Assembly (NCBI RefSeq): GCF_006968745.1
Contig: NZ_CP030118.1
Span: 4,274,399-4,306,398 of the forward strand
Reading direction: 5' to 3'
From: Brasilonema sennae CENA114
GTDB lineage: Bacteria > Cyanobacteriota > Cyanobacteriia > Cyanobacteriales > Nostocaceae
DNA: 32,000 nt
Part shown: positions 25,999 to 32,000 of the stretch, in pieces
How the letters are laid out: each line of letters begins with the position of its first letter
Position numbering within the stretch: position 1 is the first letter of the stretch
Notes under the pieces: model-generated
The model's database searches: none
What the model was told of the DNA's origin: nothing
The model's input: only the letters and a program-made list of their open reading frames with translations
Position numbers and translations under genes: made by a program

Positions 25999-27396
25999 TC
26001 ACACTGAACTAGAGCTAGTCTCCAAAACACGCTCATTTTGAGACCGTCTCCCCGTCACCACCATCCGTACACCCCCTTTTGGTCCTAACAGAAAACCCTT
26101 ACGTTCTGGCTGCACTAGCTTGCTATCAGCGAGTTCCATCTGAACGCGGGACAAAACTGTTGCCAAAACGAGTTTCATCTCAAATAAGGCAAATGCCATA
26201 CCAATACAGCGACGGTTACCGCCACCAAACGGCAAATACTCAGAAGGAGCAAATTGACGTTCCAGAAAACGCTCTGGTTTAAACTGCTTGGAATTGGGAT
26301 ATAAATCTTCGCGATGATGAGTTAGATAAATAGAGGGAATCAGCAGAGTACCAGGCTCAAACTCATAGCCCCCGATTTCTAGGGGTGATTTCACCAATCG
26401 CTTTAATCCCAACATCGCCACTGGGTAAAGGCGCAGTGTTTCATAACAGACAGCATTTAAATAGGGCAAACGAAAAATAGCGTTCGGATCTGGGTTTTCA
26501 CCCAAACTATCCAGTTCTTGCAGTAATTTCTCACGCACTTCGCTCACATGGTGCATCCAATATAATGCCCAAGATAACGCACTTGCAGTGGTTTCATGAC
26601 CCGCTACCAAGAGCGTCATCAACTCATCGCGTAACTCTACATCCGTCATCGGCTGCCCTTGCTCATCGCGAGCCGATATCATCAAAGACAGAATATCACT
26701 CCGAGATGAATTGTCTGGTTGCTGTTTGCGTTCCCGAATCTCGGCGTAGATGAGTTCATCTATTTGCTGTCTTTGGCGCATAAAGTTTTTCCAAGGACTC
26801 CACGGACCTAAAGCCCGTTGGAGTAATGGGAAAAGAAGCATGACAGCTCTCAACAAAGGTCTCTTTGGATTCAGGATTGCAATCAGGAGTTCTTTGAGCT
26901 TTTCGTAACGTGCCCCTTCCTCTAGACCAAAGACAGCTTTCAAAATAACTTGGAAGGAGATTGCTTGCATAGAAGGTAGGACAGAAAAGGGTTCGCCAAT
27001 CTGCCATTGACTCGTCACTTGCTTGGTAATATCGGGGATTAGCTTACCATAAGCTAGCATCCTTTCCCCATGAAAAGGAGGTGTCAACAGCTTTCGTTGT
27101 CGCTGATGAGGCTTACCTTCTAGCGCCAGCATTGATTGTCGCCCCAATAAAGATGATTGAATACCTGCTGGTTCACCAGAGTCCAATAATTTTGGATCAG
27201 TGGTAAAAATTTGTTGAATCGCTTGGGGGTTACTTATAAATACTTGTGGCTTAAAAACTGGACCAATCCTGAGAGTGAAGAGATCACCATAGCGTTGAGC
27301 ACAAGCTTCCATGTATTCTAAGGGGTTAGTCAGCCATTGAAGCGTCTGTACCAAAGGGTGAGTTTGAGGACCGTCAGGCAGTTTCTGTTCGGGCAT
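25999..27396 (-). CDS. cytochrome P450, CYP110-like (P450-C), tandem paralogue
   Basis: The same motifs as P450-B and roughly 85% amino-acid identity to it by eye. The gap to P450-B is 98 nt. About 45 nt of the leader is also duplicated. Confidence 0.92.
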   Translation of the reverse strand: MPEQKLPDGPQTHPLVQTLQWLTNPLEYMEACAQRYGDLFTLRIGPVFKPQVFISNPQAIQQIFTTDPKLLDSGEPAGIQSSLLGRQSMLALEGKPHQRQRKLLTPPFHGERMLAYGKLIPDITKQVTSQWQIGEPFSVLPSMQAISFQVILKAVFGLEEGARYEKLKELLIAILNPKRPLLRAVMLLFPLLQRALGPWSPWKNFMRQRQQIDELIYAEIRERKQQPDNSSRSDILSLMISARDEQGQPMTDVELRDELMTLLVAGHETTASALSWALYWMHHVSEVREKLLQELDSLGENPDPNAIFRLPYLNAVCYETLRLYPVAMLGLKRLVKSPLEIGGYEFEPGTLLIPSIYLTHHREDLYPNSKQFKPERFLERQFAPSEYLPFGGGNRRCIGMAFALFEMKLVLATVLSRVQMELADSKLVQPERKGFLLGPKGGVRMVVTGRRSQNERVLETSSSSV

Positions 27397-27455
27397 TTTT
27401 GATGCTTTCCTGATACTAAAGAATTATTGAACCAAGACCAGGCTTAGCCTGTCAT

Positions 27456-27487
27456 TTATCAGTTATCAGTTACCAGTTTTCACTGTT
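27456..27487. repeat. STRR-like heptamers (TTATCAG x2, TTACCAG, TTTTCAC), inverted orientation
   Basis: Read directly. It is the reverse complement of the CTGATAA/CAGTGAA composite. Confidence 0.8.
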
Positions 27488-27641
27488 TGAAGGACAAGTA
27501 AATCTATTATCCAAATATAGCAATCCTACTAAATCAATTCATGAATAACAAGATTCCTGACTTCTTTGAAAAGTCGGAAATCTAAAGAAAAACGTCAATT
27601 ATGAGCAAGATAGGAAAATTTGTTTCTACTATTAATAAAAT

Positions 27642-27670
27642 AAAAAAAAAGGCAGGTTTTAAACCTGCCT
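27642..27670 (-). terminator. intrinsic terminator of the glucan phosphorylase gene
   Basis: The minus strand reads aggcaggttt-aaacctgcc followed by TTTTTTTTT, about 30 nt after the stop at 27700. Confidence 0.8.
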
Positions 27671-27699
27671 ACAAGCTGAACCAAGAAACTTAAAATTCC

Positions 27700-29913
27700 T
27701 TACACTAGAACCTTTGCTAAAATCGGTCCAACACGAGTGGCAATTTCTGGGACGTATACCTGCGAAACGTAATCGGCAATCATCCTATCCGTGTTGAACA
27801 ATGGTGCATTCGTCTTGATTGATGCCTTCATCATTTGCACCCAGCCGTGAGGAGTGCCGTTAGCATCTTGGTCGTAGTACAAGGGGACTATTTGCTCTTC
27901 CAAAAGCTTATAAAGGGATTGTGCATCTATGCTATCTTGTAAATCTTGATCACTGGTGTGAGCATCCTCACCAATTGCCCACCCATTTATCCCTTGACCA
28001 TTTGCATCTGCTTTGTATCCTTCGCACCACCAACCATCGAGGACGCTGCAATTAATTCCACCATTAAAGCAGACTTTTTGCCCACTCGTACCAGAAGCTT
28101 CTAAGGGGCGACGGGGGTTGTTTAACCAAACATCAACACCTTGGACAAGTTTTTGACCAACGTAAATGTCATAGTCTTCAATAAAAGCAACTCGATGCTG
28201 AATTGCGGAATGCTGACACCATTCCATTAAGCGTTGGATAATCCGTTTGCCTTCTTCATCAGCTGGGTGAGCTTTACCTGCAAAAATAATTTGTACAGGA
28301 CGTTGTGCATTGCCAAAAATTCTCATTGCCCGTTCGGCGTCACGCAAAAGCAGATGACCGCGCTTATATGGGCTAAAGCGTCTGGCAAATCCGATAGTCA
28401 GCACTTTGGGATCAAGCAGTGTTTCTGCCGCTTGAATTATTTGGTATTGTTCACCGCGTTGTTCCCGTGCTTTTTTCACTTTATATCGAGTGTAGGCAAT
28501 CAGTCTTTCTTTTAAGACTAAGTGTCGCCACCAGAGTTCCTCATTTGGAATATTATCAACTTTCTCCCACGTCTTCGGGTCAATGACACGAGTTTTCCAG
28601 TCTTCGCCTAAGTATTGAGCGTACAGCTCTGCCATTAAGGGAGCAGTCCAAGTGGGCGCATGGACGCCATTAGTAATGTAACCGATGGGGACTTTGTCTT
28701 CAGAACGTTGTGGATACAAAATTGTCCACATTTTACGAGAAACATGACCGTGCAATTCGCTGACGCCATTGGCTGCACGACACATCCGTAGTGCCAAAAC
28801 TGTCATGCCAAAGGGTTCCCAAGGGTCGCCCAGTCGGCGTGCGCCTAATGCCAAGAATTGCTGGCGGGATAGGCGTAGCTGAGTCCAGTAATGGGCAAAG
28901 AAGGAGTCTATCAAGTCAGGTGAGAAGACATCATGACCTGCGGGAACGGGTGTGTGGGTGGTGAACACACAACGATTTCGCACATCGGCTTCGATGTCGT
29001 AGAAGGATTTGCCAGTGCGCTCAATTTCTTGGCGTGCAACTTCTAAAGTGGAGAATGCAGCATGACCTTCGTTGAGGTGATGGACAGAAGGTTGAATCCC
29101 CAAGGCTGTTAACGCTTTGACACCACCAATTCCCAAGACGACTTCTTGGGCAATGCGAGTTTCCTGGTTACCACCGTACAGGTGTCCAGTTAGCCAGCGG
29201 TCTATGGGATCATTATCCTGGCGATCGCTATCCAATAAGTAAAGACTCACTCGCCCCACTTGCACTCGCCAAATTTGCACTCTCACCATTCGTTGGCGAA
29301 CTTGCAATTGTATCGTGATTGGTTCCCCGTGCCAATTTCTCATTAACTCCATAGGCATTTGGGAGAAGGGGTTGTCAACGTAGTAATCTTCTTGCCAACC
29401 GCCGCGATTCAACCGTTGTCGGAAGTAACCTTGGCGATACAACAAGCCGACACCAACCATTGGGACTCCCAAATCTGATGCTGATTTTAGGTGGTCACCT
29501 GCAAGAATGCCTAAACCACCAGAGTAGACAGGCAAAGATTCATGTATGCCAAATTCAGCACAAAAGTAAGCAATGGGATGTTCTTGGGTAATTTGTGGTG
29601 CAACCCGACTCACCCAAGTGTCTTTTGTGCTCATGTATTCGTCAAACTCGCGCACGAGTGACCCTATTTGCTTGAGATAATACGGGTCTTCAGCAAGCTG
29701 GGTAAGACGTTCGTATGTCGCTGAGTGTAACATTTCTACAGGATTATGCCCGCAGCGTTCCCATACTTGAGGATCGATGGTTTGGAACAGCGCGATGCGA
29801 TCGCTCGTCCAACTCCACCAATAGTTATAAGCCAAAGAAGCCAAGCGCTTGAGTGGAAAAGGTAATTTCTCACCCAGTACTTGCACTGCGGTATTTGCAC
29901 TGCTGATATTCAT
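27700..29913 (-). CDS. glgP: alpha-glucan (glycogen/maltodextrin) phosphorylase, short alpha-glucan-phosphorylase family
   Basis: 737 aa. It has the N-terminal PVYSGGLGILAGDHLKSASDLGVP motif and a PLP-lysine region EASGTSGQKVCFNGG. Confidence 0.88.
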   Translation of the reverse strand: MNISSANTAVQVLGEKLPFPLKRLASLAYNYWWSWTSDRIALFQTIDPQVWERCGHNPVEMLHSATYERLTQLAEDPYYLKQIGSLVREFDEYMSTKDTWVSRVAPQITQEHPIAYFCAEFGIHESLPVYSGGLGILAGDHLKSASDLGVPMVGVGLLYRQGYFRQRLNRGGWQEDYYVDNPFSQMPMELMRNWHGEPITIQLQVRQRMVRVQIWRVQVGRVSLYLLDSDRQDNDPIDRWLTGHLYGGNQETRIAQEVVLGIGGVKALTALGIQPSVHHLNEGHAAFSTLEVARQEIERTGKSFYDIEADVRNRCVFTTHTPVPAGHDVFSPDLIDSFFAHYWTQLRLSRQQFLALGARRLGDPWEPFGMTVLALRMCRAANGVSELHGHVSRKMWTILYPQRSEDKVPIGYITNGVHAPTWTAPLMAELYAQYLGEDWKTRVIDPKTWEKVDNIPNEELWWRHLVLKERLIAYTRYKVKKAREQRGEQYQIIQAAETLLDPKVLTIGFARRFSPYKRGHLLLRDAERAMRIFGNAQRPVQIIFAGKAHPADEEGKRIIQRLMEWCQHSAIQHRVAFIEDYDIYVGQKLVQGVDVWLNNPRRPLEASGTSGQKVCFNGGINCSVLDGWWCEGYKADANGQGINGWAIGEDAHTSDQDLQDSIDAQSLYKLLEEQIVPLYYDQDANGTPHGWVQMMKASIKTNAPLFNTDRMIADYVSQVYVPEIATRVGPILAKVLV

Positions 29914-29976
29914 AAAACTCTAGGTACTCTCTTAGTTTTTCTGTTTTGCCGTCAAAATTTGCTTCCCAGTGGGGAG

Positions 29977-30086
29977 ACAGTGAACAGTGAACAGTGAACA
30001 AGGGGTGGACGAGTCCGTTTCCTACCTGATAACTGATACGAGTGGTACTTGATAACTGGTAACTGATAACTGATAACTGATAACTG
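29977..30086. repeat. composite STRR-like array (ACAGTGA)x3 ... (CTGATAA)n, interrupted by about 25 nt
   Basis: Read directly. It explains the spurious ORF 29952..30185. Confidence 0.85.
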
Positions 30087-30386
30087 TTTCAAGCGTGGAG
30101 TCGTTTTTTGACGGTTTTTATTTTTCCAGACGTAATCCAAATCATCCTTCTTTTTTGGCAGTTTTGACAACTTGATCTGCATCAAATTAATTGACGTTCT
30201 TTTAATTTAGTTTTTATTATTTTTTCTTAATATATGGTAATCAATCAAGATTCCCCACTTCATCTGAATAAATAGAATTTCACAGATTAAACGGGATTGC
30301 TATGTTAGGGCTTACGCAGAAGAGATCCCCCAACCCCCTCCCCTTAAAAAGGGGGCTTTTAAGATTCCTTTAGAGCCAGGGCTTGC

Positions 30387-32000
30387 TTAAATCATATTTA
30401 ACGGGTCAACATCAATTGTTAAACTGACAGTTTTAGGACAAAGTTGACGCACTTCCTCCCAATCTGGCAACTGTGGTAAGGCACTGGGGGCAAATTTTAG
30501 CAATATTTGCCAGCGGTAACGATTGGCAACCCGTAAAATAGAAGCGGGTGCTGGTCCTAAAATGTCTAACCCTTCATGAGTCGCCAAAGCTGCTGCTATG
30601 ATCCCAGCTGTGTTCTCTACCTGAATTGGATCAGGACTGCTTAAGCGCAATAAAATCAATCTCCCATAGGGAGGATAATTGAGTGCTTGCCGTTGTTCCA
30701 ATTCGGCATCTATAAAAGACTGATAATCGTGATTTTGTACTGCTTCAATCACAGGATGTTCTGGAGTGTAAGTTTGGACAATCACTCGTCCTGGCTCATC
30801 TCCTCTACCAGCACGTCCTGCAACCTGTGTCAAGGTTTGCAATGCTCGTTCGCTGGAACGATAATCTGATAAATGCAGCAGTCCATCTGCAGCAACAACA
30901 CCCACGAGTGTGACTTGAGGCAAATCTAATCCCTTGGTGAGCATTTGCGTACCGACTAACAAATCTGCTTCACCGTTAACAAACTGTGTCAGAAGAGTAC
31001 GGTGTGCTCCTTTTGTACGGGTGGTATCGCTATCAAAACGAATGAAGCGCAATTGGGGAAACTGTTTTGCTAACTCCTGTGCGACTCGTTGGGTACCACT
31101 GCCGAAAAATTTTAGGTAGGGAGAACCGCATTCTGGACAGCTTTGGGGATGCGATCGCGCAAAATTACAATAGTGACAACGCAGTGTTTGCGGCGCGTTC
31201 TCTTCTATATGGTGATAGGACAGCGACACATCACAGTTTGGACATTCCAAAACATATCCACAACTGCGACAAGAGACAAAAGTGCTATGTCCCCGACGAT
31301 GAATAAATAAAATTCCTTGCTGACGACGTTCTCGCAATTGCTCCAAAGCGGATTGCAAGGAACGACTAAATATAGAACGATTTCCCTGTTGCAATTCTTG
31401 CCGCATATCCACAACTTCCACCGGAGGCAGAGGACGGGAGTACACGCGTTCGGGAAGAGAGAGGTAGTGAGTGGGAGGGAGTGAGGAAGTTATTTCTCCC
31501 CCTGCTCCCCTGCTCCCCTGCTCCCGTTCGCGCAGCGTGTCCGTTCGCGTAGCGTGCCCTTTGGGCATAGGACTCAGCTTCCCCCACACTCACCCAGGTT
31601 TCCAGCGAGGGGGTTGCTGAACCCAGCACCAGGGGACAGTTTTCTAACTCTGCTCGCCACTGTGCAACGGTGCGGGCGTGGTAGGTGGGGATGGGAGAAT
31701 CTTGCTTAAAGCTGCTGTCGTGTTCTTCGTCTAATATGATTAAACCCAAGTTTGGTAAAGGAGCAAAAACTGCACTGCGCGTACCGATGACAACTTGGGG
31801 TTCTCCGGTTAACATTTGCCTCCAGGTGTCGTAACGTTCACCGTCTGAAAGGGCGCTGTGGTAAACGCTCACTTTGTTACCGAAACGAGCACGGAAACGA
31901 TCAGTCAACTGAGGTGTGAGTCCAATTTCTGGTACTAAGACAAGGGCAGACTTGCCTTTCTTTAGTAGAGGGCTTATTGCTTGCAAATATACTTCTGTTT
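30387..32000 (-). pseudogene. priA: primosomal protein N' (replication restart helicase PriA), 5'-partial, reading frame broken by a repeat insertion
   Basis: The upstream frame reads ..TEVYLQAI.. (end of the Walker A region GKTEVY), LIILDEEHD (DEEH box) and LGSATPSLETW. The downstream frame carries Cys-rich zinc motifs (CRSCGYVLECPNCD, CHYCNF, CPECGS), GTQMLTKGLDLP and QVAGRAGR. The two parts are offset by +1 and overlap in 31366-31589. The gene continues past the window edge. Confidence 0.85.
31467..31593. mobile_element. 127-bp repeat-rich insertion with imperfect terminal inverted repeats inside priA
   Basis: The ends are gtgagtgggagggagtgaggaag (31467-31489) and cttcccccacactcac (31578-31593, revcomp gtgagtgtgggggaag). 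The interior has (GGGAGCAG)x3 and two TTCGCG(C/T)AGCGTG motifs of the dispersed family also seen at 13220 and 14838. Confidence 0.65.

Noticed and set aside
17165-27396. The cluster as an Ols-type olefin synthase, a heterocyst glycolipid locus or a terpene/P450 cluster
   Set aside because: KS, AT, KR and sulfotransferase domains, glycosyltransferases and terpene synthases are all absent from the window. Only FAAL-ACP-TE plus oxidoreductases are present.
27700-29913. The glucan phosphorylase as part of the P450/FAAL cluster
   Set aside because: It is a housekeeping carbohydrate enzyme with its own strong terminator (27642-27670). A 300-nt repeat-containing spacer separates it from P450-C.
29952-30185. 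77-aa ORF upstream of glgP
   Set aside because: It lies on the heptamer arrays (its translation contains ..VISYQLPVIKYHSYQL..), so it is a repeat artefact.
30330-30360. The hairpin ccccttaaaaagggg downstream of priA as a terminator
   Set aside because: On the priA strand no T-run follows it. The sequence looks like another small dispersed repeat. I leave it uncalled.

Overview
This window looks like a chromosomal segment of a filamentous, Nostocales-type cyanobacterium. The 8-mer palindrome GCGATCGC (HIP1) occurs at least 19 times. Heptamer tandem repeats (STRR-like CAGTGAA/CTGATAA and GGGAGCC) fill several intergenic regions. Small GC-rich dispersed repeats lie between genes and also inside them. 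Housekeeping genes are ndhD, thrB, tRNA-Ala(GGC), hisF, ruvB, an alpha-glucan phosphorylase and a 5'-partial priA, plus two TPR proteins. Three accessory regions stand out. (1) 17.2-27.4 kb holds two convergent operons: an SDR dehydrogenase, a GMC flavoprotein oxidoreductase, three CYP110-like P450s (two are a tandem duplicate) and a FAAL-ACP-thioesterase tridomain protein. No chain-extending enzyme is present. I read this as an uncharacterised carrier-tethered fatty-acid oxidation cluster. It is partitioned by three copies of the 3' end of the neighbouring TPR gene and contains a P450 relic. (2) 6.3-13.2 kb, next to the tRNA, holds a DEDDy exonuclease, a PD-(D/E)xK protein, an NB-ARC/TPR STAND (NLR-like) gene, a PIN toxin-antitoxin pair and a Uma2 nuclease. 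The N-terminal helical module of the NLR-like gene is separated from the NB-ARC part by a single in-frame TGA. (3) A solitary beta-class (PvuII-like SPPF) DNA methyltransferase lies at 0.7-1.7 kb. Small repeat elements sit inside coding regions: in frame in thrB and the NLR gene, and frame-breaking in priA. All functional calls rest on motifs read by eye; no database search was run.
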